This document shows, in pieces, positions 31,404-41,995 of a stretch of 64,000 nt of DNA (within the stretch, counting starts at the first letter, position 1; each line of letters opens with the position of its first letter). Under the pieces are notes generated by a model, which worked only from the letters and a program-made list of their open reading frames with translations, was not told the DNA's origin and ran no database searches. Source of the DNA: an uncultured Desulfospira sp. (lineage in GTDB: Bacteria > Desulfobacterota > Desulfobacteria > Desulfobacterales > Desulfobacteraceae); NCBI GenBank assembly GCA_963663165.1, contig OY760175.1:5920001-5984000 (forward strand), written 5' to 3'. The translations under genes and the position numbers were made by a program.

Positions 31404-31479
31404 TGGTAGGCACGAGCGGACTTGAACCGCTGACTTCTACCGTGTCGAGGTAGCACTCTACCAACTGAGTTACGCGCCT
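31404..31479 (-). tRNA. tRNA-Val(GAC)
   Basis: AGGCGCGTAACTCAGTTGGTAGAGTGCTACCTCGACACGGTAGAAGTCAGCGGTTCAAGTCCGCTCGTGCCTACCA; cloverleaf, encoded CCA. Confidence 0.95.
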
Positions 31480-31662
31480 TTATTGCTGAAAAGGTTTTTT
31501 ACCAAACCCTTAATTGGGTGTCAAGAAAAACTCGCCATGGCGGGCAAATTCATTTTAAAAAGGTTTGGCATGAACTAAATTGGTTATGATTAATACCGCC
31601 ATTATGGTCCCGGGCTTCCCCTGTGCTGAACGGGGAAAGCCCCTGAGAAGGGTCACCGCCGT

Positions 31663-32964
31663 CTATTCATCAAGGGATTGTCCGGTTACGGAGGAAGTCT
31701 CCGGAGGTCCCGATGTTTCTTCAGGAAACGCGCCCGGGGTTTCCGGGACGATGGGAGCTTGTGCGATAAACCGGATGGACACCTTTTCCGGGGTTACGGA
31801 GAGGATTTCAAGACCGAAATCATCAAAGGTTTTCAGCATCAGGGTGTCGGCAAACTGGGTGGTGGAGCCTTTATAAATGATCCCCATGACTGCACTGGAT
31901 GAACCGATTTCTTTGGGCACCATGTTTTCAATATCGGACATGTCCTTGAACCGCCTTTTCAAGGCGATAAACCGGTTTAAAAAATCTTCTCCTTCCAGGG
32001 CCAGTTCAAAACCGTTTTCTTTTCTCTGGGTTTTGCTCCAGAACTGGTTGAGCCGTTCAATCAGGTTTTGGGATGCGGTCTGGGCGGCCTTGTCAATGGC
32101 TTGGGAATTGCCCTGGTCTTCCATGGTGCTGGTGGCCACTTCCTTGACGCCGAATTGAAAGGCCAGGGCGCCTGACTTGACATCATAGGCGTTGATTTCA
32201 ACCATGCCGTCAAAGGCCCGCTGGTCCCCCATGCGGTTAATGGACTCAGATGACTTGACCCGGCCGATGATCACCATGTCGGCATCCAGGGACTCCCCTA
32301 GATTGATGGCGGCCTGCTCATCGTAAATGGTGGCAAACTCGACCTTGTAGTTGGCCGGGTCCGGGTGCTGCCCGGGGTCGAGAACCGATTTGAACCGGTT
32401 TTCAGCAAGGGTGTTCAACAAAATGGATTCGGCTGCCGAGTGATAGGGCTCAGGGTTTCTGCCCCACCAGTATCGGGGAAGAATCTCCTGGGAAGTCTGT
32501 TCGGCAATCAGGAACAGCAGGCTCGGGTTGCTGTGTTCCGTGTTGATGAGCCGGGCTTTGGTCAACCGCTCTTCAAGCAGGTTCAGGCTGACCTGGGATT
32601 CCACGCTGACCAGATAGTTTCCGCCGTATGAGGTACCCCCCAGGACTTTGTAGGTAATGATAAACTTATCGGTATCGGCCAGGATATGGTCATGGATGAA
32701 CTCAAGGCTTGCGGCCATGGCCTGGCCGGGTATCAATAAGGCAACGGCGTGTTCCACTGCTTTTTCAAGGGCCTGGGATACGGCTTGTTGTTTGGCCCCG
32801 GGGATATCCTGTCCGGATATTTCTTTTTCCCCTAAAGTTATAAATTCTTTTTGGCTGTTCTTTTGGGCCAGTACCGCGGGACAATAACAGGTTGTGACCA
32901 GGAAAATGGAACCAAGAATCAAAATGATCTGTCTGGTTCTCCAATTATTCAGTGTTCGGACCAT
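31663..32964 (-). CDS. Exported protein, FlgT N-terminal/CsgG-like
   Basis: Signal peptide; AKQQAVSQALEKAVE N-domain; alpha/beta middle domain (LDADMVIIG); last gene of the htpG-rimO-ispB run. Confidence 0.6.
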   Translation of the reverse strand: MVRTLNNWRTRQIILILGSIFLVTTCYCPAVLAQKNSQKEFITLGEKEISGQDIPGAKQQAVSQALEKAVEHAVALLIPGQAMAASLEFIHDHILADTDKFIITYKVLGGTSYGGNYLVSVESQVSLNLLEERLTKARLINTEHSNPSLLFLIAEQTSQEILPRYWWGRNPEPYHSAAESILLNTLAENRFKSVLDPGQHPDPANYKVEFATIYDEQAAINLGESLDADMVIIGRVKSSESINRMGDQRAFDGMVEINAYDVKSGALAFQFGVKEVATSTMEDQGNSQAIDKAAQTASQNLIERLNQFWSKTQRKENGFELALEGEDFLNRFIALKRRFKDMSDIENMVPKEIGSSSAVMGIIYKGSTTQFADTLMLKTFDDFGLEILSVTPEKVSIRFIAQAPIVPETPGAFPEETSGPPETSSVTGQSLDE

Positions 32965-32966
32965 TT

Positions 32967-33950
32967 TTATACCTTTCTTTGAACCGCATAATCAGCAATC
33001 ATTTCCAATAAGGATTTAGAATCACAATTTTCAAAAAGGGCCAGGTTTTCTTTTGCTTTTTTGATATGATCTATTGCCAGGGACTGGGTATATTCGATGC
33101 CCTTGAGATCTGTAATTTTTTGTTTCAAGGTTTCAAATTTGTCCGGATCAAATTCCGGTTCAAAAACAAGTTCCAGCATCTTTTTCCGGTCACCTTGGGA
33201 TGCCTTGGCAAGGCTGTGGATCAGGGGCAGGGTAAGCTTGCCCTCCCGCATGTCTGCACCGGGGTTTTTGCCCAGTTCCTTTGCCGTTGCCGTATAGTCC
33301 AGAAGGTCGTCGGCCATCTGAAAGGCCATGCCGATATGGTAGCCGAACCGCTTTAACGCCTCCTGCCGTTCATGATTCGCCCCGGCAATGAGGGCGCCGC
33401 TCTGGCAGGCCCCCTGGATCAGGACCGCGGTTTTCCTCCGGATAATTTCAAAATAGTCTTCCGGGCTTAAATCCGCCTTTCCTTTGTGGTTGAGCTGGTC
33501 GATTTCCCCCTGGGACATGTCCCGTGTAATGCCCGCAATCACGGAGATTACTCTGGGGTTTTCGGTCCGGGCCGACAGCTCCAGGGCCTTGGCTAAAAGA
33601 AAGTCACCGGTCAGCACCACCTTGGGCGCAGACCATTGGTGATGGGCGGCCACCCGGCCCCGCCGGATGTCGGCTTCATCCACCACATCATCATGGAGAA
33701 GGGTGGCGGCGTGCAGGTATTCAAAAATCGTGGAGAACAGGATTTCAAACCCATTGGCATACCCGCATATTCTGGCACTGTGGATCATGAGCAGCGGACG
33801 AAGCCGCTTTCCCCCGCTGAACAGCAGGTGGGAGGCAATTTGCCTGACCAGATCGAGATGGGGGTCCAGATTTTCGGCCAGGGCCTGCTCCACCTTTTCC
33901 AGATCAGGTGCGGCAATTTCCAGGATTCGGGCCTTTAAATCAGATGTCAT
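32967..33950 (-). CDS. ispB: Polyprenyl (octaprenyl-type) diphosphate synthase
   Basis: GGKRLRP, LLHDDVVD, KTA, FQMADDLLD, GKNPGADMREGK.TLP. Confidence 0.9.
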   Translation of the reverse strand: MTSDLKARILEIAAPDLEKVEQALAENLDPHLDLVRQIASHLLFSGGKRLRPLLMIHSARICGYANGFEILFSTIFEYLHAATLLHDDVVDEADIRRGRVAAHHQWSAPKVVLTGDFLLAKALELSARTENPRVISVIAGITRDMSQGEIDQLNHKGKADLSPEDYFEIIRRKTAVLIQGACQSGALIAGANHERQEALKRFGYHIGMAFQMADDLLDYTATAKELGKNPGADMREGKLTLPLIHSLAKASQGDRKKMLELVFEPEFDPDKFETLKQKITDLKGIEYTQSLAIDHIKKAKENLALFENCDSKSLLEMIADYAVQRKV

Positions 33951-35284
33951 GCAAGTTCTCCGGCAATGTCATATTCAAAAACATCTGTTATCTTTACATG
34001 AAACCGGGCGCCGATTTCAAGAGCGTTTGCATAAATAAAGGTGACCCCGTCCACTTCAGGGGCCTGGAACATGGTCCGGCCTATGTAGACGCCGGGCTCC
34101 GGGTTCTCCTCCACCATGACCGGGTAGATCCTGTCAAGGTGCTTTTCATTGACCTGCTTTGAAATACCGGCCTGGGCCGCCATGATCCGGTCGTGGCGTT
34201 CTTCGGCCAGTTTTTCAGGGACATAGTTTTTTAATATGTGGGAGGGCAGGTCGTCAGCATCTGAATAAGTGAATACCCCGAGATGGTCGAACTTAATTTC
34301 ATGAATAAAGTCCATGAGCGCTTTGAATTCATCATCTGTTTCCCCGGGGAACCCGACAATGACCGTGGTCCGCAGCGCGGCATCGGGATCAATTTCCCGG
34401 ATCAGTTTGAACAGGTGTGTAAGATCTTTGCGGCCATATGGCCGGCCCATCCGTTTGAGCATTGAAGCGGATGCGTGCTGAATGGGGACATCATAATAAG
34501 AACAGATATTGTCATGGGCCTTGACCGTTTCAATGACGGCCCGGTCAAGGGAGCTTGGATGGGTGTATAAAAAGCGAAGCCAGGCCAAAGGGTCTCTGGC
34601 TGCCATGGTTTCAGCCACGGCCGACAGGACATGGTGAAACCCTGAGTCCTCGGCAAGGTCAAGGCCGTAATCGGTGGTGTTTTCCGCGGTCAGGATGATT
34701 TCCGGTACCCCTCTGGACAGCAGCTGCCCGGCTTCCCGGCAGATATCTGTGACGGGCCTTGACCGCTGCTTTCCCCGAAGTTCGGGGATGATGCAGTAGG
34801 TGCAGTGCCGGCCGCACCCTTCAGAAACCTTAATGTAGGAAAAGTTGTCTAAAGCAGGGGCCCTGGCGATGGAAAGGTCCTGAAAGTGTCTGGCGTTGGG
34901 ATCAGGGAACAGGGTCAGGGGGCCGCGGCTGTTGTTGTTTTCAACAGCCTCCACAATGGCATCGCAGGCCCCGGTTCCCAGAAAGGCGTCCACCTCGGGC
35001 AGGCTTAAAATCAGGTCTTTGTCGGTGCTGTACCGCTGGGCCAGGCAGCCGGTTACGACCAGTCTTGTACAGGTTCCCCGCTCTTTATACCCGGCCATGT
35101 CTAAAATCACATCAACCGCCTCCTGGGAGGCGGTTGATATAAATCCGCAGGTATTGACAACGATGACTTCAGCTGAAGCCGGATCATCCACAGGGGTGTG
35201 GCCGGCATGGATCAGGCGGCCCAGCATAATTTCGCTGTCCACCTGGTTCCGGGAACACCCCAGGGTTTCGATATAGATCTTCAT
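33947..35284 (-). CDS. rimO: Ribosomal protein S12 methylthiotransferase
   Basis: [25 protein letters not shown] radical SAM, APEVDG TRAM. Confidence 0.95.
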   Translation of the reverse strand: MKIYIETLGCSRNQVDSEIMLGRLIHAGHTPVDDPASAEVIVVNTCGFISTASQEAVDVILDMAGYKERGTCTRLVVTGCLAQRYSTDKDLILSLPEVDAFLGTGACDAIVEAVENNNSRGPLTLFPDPNARHFQDLSIARAPALDNFSYIKVSEGCGRHCTYCIIPELRGKQRSRPVTDICREAGQLLSRGVPEIILTAENTTDYGLDLAEDSGFHHVLSAVAETMAARDPLAWLRFLYTHPSSLDRAVIETVKAHDNICSYYDVPIQHASASMLKRMGRPYGRKDLTHLFKLIREIDPDAALRTTVIVGFPGETDDEFKALMDFIHEIKFDHLGVFTYSDADDLPSHILKNYVPEKLAEERHDRIMAAQAGISKQVNEKHLDRIYPVMVEENPEPGVYIGRTMFQAPEVDGVTFIYANALEIGARFHVKITDVFEYDIAGELA

Positions 35285-37203
35285 ATGGCCTTGGCCATGA
35301 GATCTCCTAAAAGTTTGGAAAACCGGGCCGGATTGTCCAGCTTCCCGCCTTCGCTGATCACGGCCGCATCATAGAGCAGATCGCAGTAGTCCGTCAGCAC
35401 CGGGTTGGTGGTGTCGGTTTCAAACACCTCTTTGATCTTTGTCATGACCGGGTGGCTGATGTTGACTTCCATGGTCCGTTTCTGTTCCGGTGTTTTCTGG
35501 CCCGAGGCCTTCAGGATTTTTTCCATGTAGGCGCTCATGCCCCAGTCATCGCCGGACAGGCAGGATACGGAATCTTTAAGCCGGCTGGATACGGTGACAT
35601 CCTTGACCTTGTCTTCAAGCTTTCCTTTAAGAAAGGAAAGAAGGGCGGAAAATTCATTTTTCTTTTCATCATCCACCTTTGCCAACTCCAGGTCACCTTT
35701 TTCAGCACTCTTGAGTTTCTTTTCCTTGTATTCCGTTAGGGACTGAACCACCCACTCATCAATGGGATCCACCATGAGAAGGACTTCATAATCCTTTTCC
35801 TTCAGGGCTTCGATCAGGGGCGAGTTCATCAGGGAGGTTAAATTCTCTCCGGTCAGATAGTAGATCTCTTTTTGGTCTTCCTTCATGTTTTCAATGTATT
35901 CATCAAGGGAAACCCATTTGTCGCCGGATTTTGTGGTCTTGTACCGAAGCAGGGCGGCAATCCGTTCCTTGTTCTCAAAATCCGTGGGGATACCCGCTTT
36001 TAAGGCCTGGCCGAATTCCACGTAGAATGCTTCGTATTTTTCCTTTTCCATGCCTTCCAGCACGGAAAAGATCTGTTTGACCAGGTTCTTTCTGATGTTT
36101 CTGACCAGCCGGTCTTCCTGGAGGATTTCCCGGCTCACGTTAAGGTTCAGGTCCGGGGCATCCACAACCCCCTGGACAAAGCCTAAGTATTCGGGAAGCA
36201 GTTCTTTGCAGTCATCCATGATGAACACCCGTTTGCAGTAAAGCTGCATCCCGTGCTTTCTTTCGGGCCGGAACAGGTCAAAGGGCGCTTTTTCCGGAAT
36301 GTACATGAGGACATCATATTCCGTGACCCCTTCAAATTTTTTATGGATGGTCTCCATGGGCTTGTCCCAGTTGTGGGAAATATGCTTGTAAAACTCCTCA
36401 TGCTCCTTTTCCGTGACATCGTCTTTGGCCTTGGCCCAGATGGCTTTCATGGAGTTTAAGGTTTCATCTTTTTTAACCTTCCTGTAGGTATCCCCGATGG
36501 GTTTTCCCTTGGAATCCTTGATAATTTCATTTTCAGGGATGGGCTCGCTTTTTTCCACATTCATGATCACGGGGTAGGTGACGAAATCCGAATGCTTTTT
36601 GACAATGTGCTGGATGGTGTAGTCTTCGGTGAAATCCTGGTCGCCTTCCTCCGGGTCTTTGAGGTAAAGGGTGATGGTGGTGCCCCGGCTGTCTTTTTCA
36701 ATTTCTTCAATAGAGTAAGTGCCAAGACCGTCAGATTCCCACCGGGTCCCCTTTTCCTGCCCTGCGGCCCGGGTTTCCAGGCAGACCTTGTCCGCCACGA
36801 TAAAGGCGGAGTAAAATCCCACGCCGAACTGGCCGATGAGTTCCGGGGTCAGGGAGGTTTCATTTTTTGATTTTTCCAGGGCTTCCATAAAGGCCGCCGT
36901 GCCGGACTTGGCAATGGTCCCGATGTTGTCGTTGACTTCATCATAGGTCATGCCGATCCCGTTGTCTGAGATCACAAAGGTTTTTTCCTCGGGGTTCACG
37001 GCCAGGCGGATGTGGTAGTCATTGTCGTCGGCAAACAGTTCAGGCTCGGTCTGCTCTTTGAACTTTGCCTTGTCAATGGCGTCAGATGCATTGGAAATCA
37101 ACTCTCTGACAAAGATTTCCTTGTTGGAATAAAGCGAGTGGATGATCAGGTTCAGCAGCTGCTGAACTTCAGTCTTAAATTCATGTGTTTGCTTGGTTCC
37201 CAT
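35281..37203 (-). CDS. htpG: Hsp90 chaperone HtpG
   Basis: [54 protein letters not shown] before ATG 37203. Confidence 0.98.
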   Translation of the reverse strand: MGTKQTHEFKTEVQQLLNLIIHSLYSNKEIFVRELISNASDAIDKAKFKEQTEPELFADDNDYHIRLAVNPEEKTFVISDNGIGMTYDEVNDNIGTIAKSGTAAFMEALEKSKNETSLTPELIGQFGVGFYSAFIVADKVCLETRAAGQEKGTRWESDGLGTYSIEEIEKDSRGTTITLYLKDPEEGDQDFTEDYTIQHIVKKHSDFVTYPVIMNVEKSEPIPENEIIKDSKGKPIGDTYRKVKKDETLNSMKAIWAKAKDDVTEKEHEEFYKHISHNWDKPMETIHKKFEGVTEYDVLMYIPEKAPFDLFRPERKHGMQLYCKRVFIMDDCKELLPEYLGFVQGVVDAPDLNLNVSREILQEDRLVRNIRKNLVKQIFSVLEGMEKEKYEAFYVEFGQALKAGIPTDFENKERIAALLRYKTTKSGDKWVSLDEYIENMKEDQKEIYYLTGENLTSLMNSPLIEALKEKDYEVLLMVDPIDEWVVQSLTEYKEKKLKSAEKGDLELAKVDDEKKNEFSALLSFLKGKLEDKVKDVTVSSRLKDSVSCLSGDDWGMSAYMEKILKASGQKTPEQKRTMEVNISHPVMTKIKEVFETDTTNPVLTDYCDLLYDAAVISEGGKLDNPARFSKLLGDLMAKAI

Positions 37204-37243
37204 TTTAACCTTAGCTCCTGTTTTAAATCTGAACAATATTTAC

Positions 37244-37323
37244 ATGAAAGTCTCACTAACATATTGAGAATACTTTCATTATTCATTGTGGGCGGTTCTT
37301 GGCCGGATAACCAAGACGGCCCG
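37244..37323 (-). repeat. Two-hairpin ~80 nt element, copy 2 (5' of htpG)
   Basis: atgaaagtctcactaacatattgagaatactttcat + gggcggttcttggccggataaccaagacggcccg. Confidence 0.85.
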
Positions 37324-37741
37324 TGGCCGTTATTGCCGGCCGGAACGTCAACTCCCGGAATGTTTAAGTTTTAAAAAAAAGGCCCTTAAATTTCCAGCTG
37401 CTTTGGCTCCGGCTCAGCCTTAAGTTTTTAAATATAATTGTCGCAAAAAGCAGATTGTCAAGATAAAGGCCGCCCTCAAAAAATGCAGGGAGACCAGAAA
37501 CCGGAGACGGGAGACCGGAATGCGGTTACCCGGGGGAGTCGCGATTTCCGGCCTCCCTTCCTCCGGTTTCCGTTTTTTTCATTGGAATTTACAAACAATA
37601 CCCCAATATCATGCCGGATTGCAAATGCGGCTACCCTGAAAAGAAACTTTTGATTTATTTCCAGGTGTGATCTAATATGACAAAATTTGGAAAGGTTCGC
37701 TTAGATCAACCATTCACCATAATGAGACCCATAGGAATGAT

Positions 37742-38386
37742 ATGAACATCATCGAACAAGGATATCAGATTATCAGCCTGCCGGATGAGCTTTTGGAAAC
37801 TTTGGAGCAGGCCGGACGGACCTGCTATAAATCCGAACACCGGATTACCCCGGAATCCGCTCCCAAATTTGTAAAGATGCTCAGGGACCGTGGCCACCAT
37901 GCCATGATCGAGTTCGGGGATATCATGGTCAAATTTATCACCAACCGGGGGGTGACCCATGAACTGGTCCGCCACCGGCATTGCAGTTTTGCCCAGGAAT
38001 CCACCCGGTATGTGCATTACAAAGGGGACATGGCCTTTATCAAACCGGTTTGGTGTTCAGACAATATTTTAGGCCAGTGGGGACCTGAACCATGGGAAAA
38101 GGAAACCGCCCTTGAACCGAGCGAGCGGTTATGGCTCAAATCCATGAAAAGAGCGGAGCTTGAATATGGCCAGCTGAGCAAAGAAGGCTGGAAGCCCCAG
38201 CAGGCCAGGGAAGTGCTGCCCAATTCGTTGAAAACCGAAATCGTGGTCAAGGCCAATATCCGGGAATGGCGGCATATTTTTTCTCTTCGCTGCGCCAAGG
38301 CGGCCCATCCTCAGATCCGGGCGCTTATGGCCTCTTTTCTTCAAGAGCTTAAGACCCGTCTGCCGGTTGTATTTGATGACATTTAG
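37742..38386 (+). CDS. thyX: FAD-dependent thymidylate synthase
   Basis: AGRTCYKS, HELVRHR..SFAQESTRY, QQAREVLP, LRC..AAHPQIR. Confidence 0.95.
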   Translation: MNIIEQGYQIISLPDELLETLEQAGRTCYKSEHRITPESAPKFVKMLRDRGHHAMIEFGDIMVKFITNRGVTHELVRHRHCSFAQESTRYVHYKGDMAFIKPVWCSDNILGQWGPEPWEKETALEPSERLWLKSMKRAELEYGQLSKEGWKPQQAREVLPNSLKTEIVVKANIREWRHIFSLRCAKAAHPQIRALMASFLQELKTRLPVVFDDI

Positions 38387-38508
38387 CCGGGCCGCCAGAC
38401 AGGGACTATATTGACTTTAATTTTTTAACGGTGATTGCCTGTTCCTGTCATGGGTAAACAGTTCATGACAGGGCTAATCTGATAATTCAAAATGTAAGGA
38501 GAACCACC

Positions 38509-38754
38509 ATGAAAAAAGGATTGTTTCTGATAGTATTAACGGTGTTTCTAACCGCTTTTCTGGCTTCCTGTGGAAGCTATTATAAGATCACCGAACCCAC
38601 GACCCAGAAAGTCTATTATGCCACAGATATTGACAAAGTGGATTCCGGTGCCGTCAGCTTCAAAGACGAGATCACCCAGAAGAAAGTCACCATTCAAAAC
38701 TCAGAGATTTCCGAAATCTCAAAAGAGGAATTTAATCTCAAGACCGCTAAATAG
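38509..38754 (+). CDS. Small lipoprotein
   Basis: Lipobox LASC; AAGGAG RBS. Confidence 0.8.
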   Translation: MKKGLFLIVLTVFLTAFLASCGSYYKITEPTTQKVYYATDIDKVDSGAVSFKDEITQKKVTIQNSEISEISKEEFNLKTAK

Positions 38755-38782
38755 AGGACACAGGTTCGCTTAGTTTTCAGCA

Positions 38783-39231
38783 GAAATTACATTCCAGGAT
38801 CTTTTCAATCTCAATGATATTCAGCGCTTTCAGGACCAGTTTGCCGAAGCCACCGGAGTGGCCTCCATCATCACAGACACCAACGGAACACCCATTACCA
38901 GACCCAGTAATTTTTGCCGTCTGTGCAGCCGTATCATTCGGGAGACGAAAAAAGGCCGGATTAATTGTTATAAAAAGGTGAAATAAATGGTGCTTTTGGG
39001 GTTGCCAGGGATATTACCGAAGCCAAAGCCAGAGAAAAAGAACACCTTGACCTTATCAGCCAGCTGCAGCAGGCCCAGAAGATGGAAGCTGTAGGCCGTT
39101 TGGCCGGCGGTGTGGCCCATGATTTTAATAATATGCTGGGCATCATCCGCAGTCATGCAGAACTGGCTCTGGATGAGGTTGACCCGGGGCACGACCTCTT
39201 TGATCATCTCCAGAAAATAAAGAAAAATTAA
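38783..39231 (+). pseudogene. Deleted/frameshifted PocR-domain hybrid histidine kinase remnant
   Basis: [32 protein letters not shown] (PocR-like) joined out of frame to RDITE...[23 protein letters not shown] (HisKA), then truncated. Confidence 0.8.
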
Positions 39232-39323
39232 TGGTAACTGTTCAGCAGTGCCCCATCTTCGCTCATTCAGGCCTTCTCACATAGCAACAGTATGCTACGA
39301 AGGCCTGACGGGTGCATTCCCAT

Positions 39324-40724
39324 TTAGTGGCCTAAGCAAAGTGACCGAATTTGTATGAAGATATTGTCAGTCAAGATGTTCCACCTCCCGGAAAGGAGCT
39401 GACTCCTTAAGAACAACATTGATTCGGATGTTTCCGGTTTCCAGAATATACCCGGTGATTTCATTCTGAGATTTATAACCCGACGTATTGCACTTTCAAC
39501 ACAGCCGCTGCCAGTAGGTATTTTCAGGCTGCGGAACTGGCGATACTGCATTCTGTTTCGATTTTTCACGAAGTAACTTTTAAATTTGGATAGTGCTTCT
39601 ATGCGCCTTTTAGGGTACGTAATGTGTTTTACAATTTCTTTTCTAAGGTCTTTGAATCTGCCATCCCAAAGGAGGTTCTTCCAAGATTCTGCTATCCGGT
39701 TTCTTTCTTTTATAGGGATTCTCTTTGGCAATTTGTCCACGATTTCATGTAAATTCTGTTTTGCATGGGTGTAGTCGATTACCTCATAATAGGATTCGAT
39801 TTCAAGCCGTTTGGCCAGCGGGCCTGTTCGCTTCCAATAGCTACGTGCACCGTCACAGCAGAAAACAACACGCTTGGCTTTGGGAATATCTAATTCACGC
39901 AAGTAGATCTCAAGAATATCAAAAGCGGCATCAATACCGCCCATTGTGGCATCATAAACCGGCAAGTGTTTTTTGGATATTGTGCCGTCCGGATCGACAA
40001 TATGTATGACAAACTGAATGGGTTCTTTCCATTCAGTATGATATCCCTGCCGCTTTTGGCCTTTTGATTTACGTCCCCGTTTTGGCCTCCGTTCTCGAAG
40101 GCGACCGCCGTCGATACAAACCAGAACCGTTTTGCCACCAACGCGATCAGTATCTCCAAAAGATACCCGGCCACGCAGGGGCATAGCTTCCTGTGCAAGA
40201 TTCATTGTTATGCGGCGTATGGTTTTGACATTTAAGTTGATTGCATGGTTTTCCAGGGATCTTCGGGCAATTTCAAAAGAGGGGCAGAGCAATGCTGCAT
40301 GGACCACCGACGAAGCGAACAGCGTTGAACACCTGCCGATAAAACCAAGGTAATCAAGCCCAAAATGGCGGCCTGTCCCCTTTTGTCGTTTTTTTGTTTT
40401 AGGGCCTGGCCGTTGTTTGGAAACAACTTTTGAAAAGTAAGGGGATCGGATGCTCAGGGTAGTTCCTGTCAATAATCGAATGCTGCTGGGGCGGTATCCG
40501 TTGAAACGCAGTCCCTTTTTACCGGCACCAATTTTCAGTTCAGATAAAAGATCCGGGTCAGACAGTGCCTTTTCAATGACGGGAACCAGAAATGCTTCCA
40601 CAATAATGAAGAGGCCGTTCCGTAACTGCTCACACAGGATATTAGCATTTTGATGGTTTTGGAAATCAGCTACGGCTTTTGTTAGAAGGGTTCGAATATC
40701 CCTTATAGTGGAAGCAAGTTTCAT
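39324..40724 (-). CDS. DDE transposase (ISKra4/ISLre2-like)
   Basis: CIDGG, CCDGA, IDYTHA, IPTGSGCVESAIRRVINLRMK..G..W. Confidence 0.85.
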   Translation of the reverse strand: MKLASTIRDIRTLLTKAVADFQNHQNANILCEQLRNGLFIIVEAFLVPVIEKALSDPDLLSELKIGAGKKGLRFNGYRPSSIRLLTGTTLSIRSPYFSKVVSKQRPGPKTKKRQKGTGRHFGLDYLGFIGRCSTLFASSVVHAALLCPSFEIARRSLENHAINLNVKTIRRITMNLAQEAMPLRGRVSFGDTDRVGGKTVLVCIDGGRLRERRPKRGRKSKGQKRQGYHTEWKEPIQFVIHIVDPDGTISKKHLPVYDATMGGIDAAFDILEIYLRELDIPKAKRVVFCCDGARSYWKRTGPLAKRLEIESYYEVIDYTHAKQNLHEIVDKLPKRIPIKERNRIAESWKNLLWDGRFKDLRKEIVKHITYPKRRIEALSKFKSYFVKNRNRMQYRQFRSLKIPTGSGCVESAIRRVINLRMKSPGIFWKPETSESMLFLRSQLLSGRWNILTDNIFIQIRSLCLGH

Positions 40725-40781
40725 GATCAGTCCTCGAATTGCAGGTTGAAAAATTACCTGTCATTTCGATGACTGAAACCC

Positions 40782-41654
40782 TCAAGTTTGTGTGCATAGC
40801 TGCTTTTTATAATTGGAAGTCAACGGGTATACATAGATGTCTTTTATCGGCACCTGAAGTCTGTGGTGCCTGTCTTGACGGCTTCGCCCTTTGCTTTGAC
40901 CAATTTTTTGCCAATTTGCCGCCTGGTAGCAAGTTCCGGCAAAGCGTGATCGATCCACGAAAGTTTCTACCAGACAGATATCGTGACCATATTTAGCTGT
41001 CCAGTCCCGGCTCAGCCGCCTAAGACATGAACCCAGAATATGACTGGCAAGATGGGGAATTCGAATCCATGGCAAAATCAAAAATCGGGTATTGTTGGTC
41101 GTCATATGCAGGTTCCTGCGACGAGCCGACCTATCCCAACCGATGAATCGGTCACGAGGGGCCGTTTTCCATGCTGCTGAGCCAAAAAGCAGGCAGGCAA
41201 CCGGACGAGAATTGCGATCAAAAGCCATATACTTCATATGTTCTCCGACATACCCTTTACACCCAAGGTAATGATATCGATCCATAAGGCAATGGAATAA
41301 ATCATCAATATCTCCACGGCCCGATACCGGTATCAATTGTATCGGGCGGATCTTACGCAAAGTGGTTTCTATCGGCTTACAATCATGGGGGACATCGGGA
41401 ATACGCCGCTGACGGTTACCGCTATGACGGGCAACGGGAAGTGTGACCATCCCTTTTTGCTCAAGTTTTCTCAGCATGCTTCGACAGGCCATGTCCTTGA
41501 GCAGACCTTTTTCCGTGCGCCAATCCCAGCGAGCACACAATTCTTTGGATAAACGAGTGCGGTGCCAGGCGGGATTGTCGTTAATCAAATGGCGTATCGT
41601 TTGTATATCAACTTCTGAAAATTCACGTCCTTGAATGGTTAAAGTCCTGCTCAT
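40782..41654 (-). CDS. DUF4338 (DruA-like) protein
   Basis: RYHYLG, RDRFIGW, NNTRFLILPW, HLASHILG, ETFVD..RF.GTCYQAANW..IG...GR.RQD. Confidence 0.88.
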   Translation of the reverse strand: MSRTLTIQGREFSEVDIQTIRHLINDNPAWHRTRLSKELCARWDWRTEKGLLKDMACRSMLRKLEQKGMVTLPVARHSGNRQRRIPDVPHDCKPIETTLRKIRPIQLIPVSGRGDIDDLFHCLMDRYHYLGCKGYVGEHMKYMAFDRNSRPVACLLFGSAAWKTAPRDRFIGWDRSARRRNLHMTTNNTRFLILPWIRIPHLASHILGSCLRRLSRDWTAKYGHDICLVETFVDRSRFAGTCYQAANWQKIGQSKGRSRQDRHHRLQVPIKDIYVYPLTSNYKKQLCTQT

Positions 41655-41995
41655 GCAAATCTATATAACCTTTCATGAGCCAGGAGTCCAGCTTTTTTTG
41701 GGAGGGCAGAGTATTCAATGCAGCATGAAAAACGGAAAAATTGGATACATGTCAGTTCATGCCACTAAATGGGATTGCACCCAGGCCTGACTAAACAAAT
41801 ATGAAGCACTGATGAACAGTTACGGACCCTTGTTTTGCTTAGTTTTCAGCATTAGCTGAATAGTTACAATTAATGTTTCGTTATGGGCGAATTTGGGATG
41901 TTGAGAGTCAAACCTTGATGATTGTATCTTAACCGTTATTGCAAACATCAAGGTTTGACTCATTTTTCACAAGGGTGTCTATCCGTTATTCCAAA

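Larger units (their letters stand above)
39310..41782 (-). mobile_element. Complete ISKra4/ISLre2-like insertion sequence with DUF4338 passenger
   Basis: 22 bp IRs GGGTGCA(T/A)TCCCATTTAGTGGC (21/22 match); 9 bp TSD AGGCCTGAC at 39301-39309 and 41783-41791. Confidence 0.9.
39234..41867. mobile_element. ~152 bp MITE interrupted by an IS
   Basis: Ends GTAACTGTTCAGC / GCTGAATAGTTAC; 8 bp direct repeat AATTAATG at 39226-39233 and 41868-41875. Confidence 0.8.

Noticed and set aside
37204..37440. CIRCE or a known heat-shock operator upstream of htpG
   Set aside because: No TTAGCACTC-N9-GAGTGCTAA; the hairpins there belong to the three-copy repeat.
40782..41654. Druantia anti-phage system
   Set aside because: Only a DUF4338 gene, enclosed in IS inverted repeats; no DruE helicase or other dru genes.
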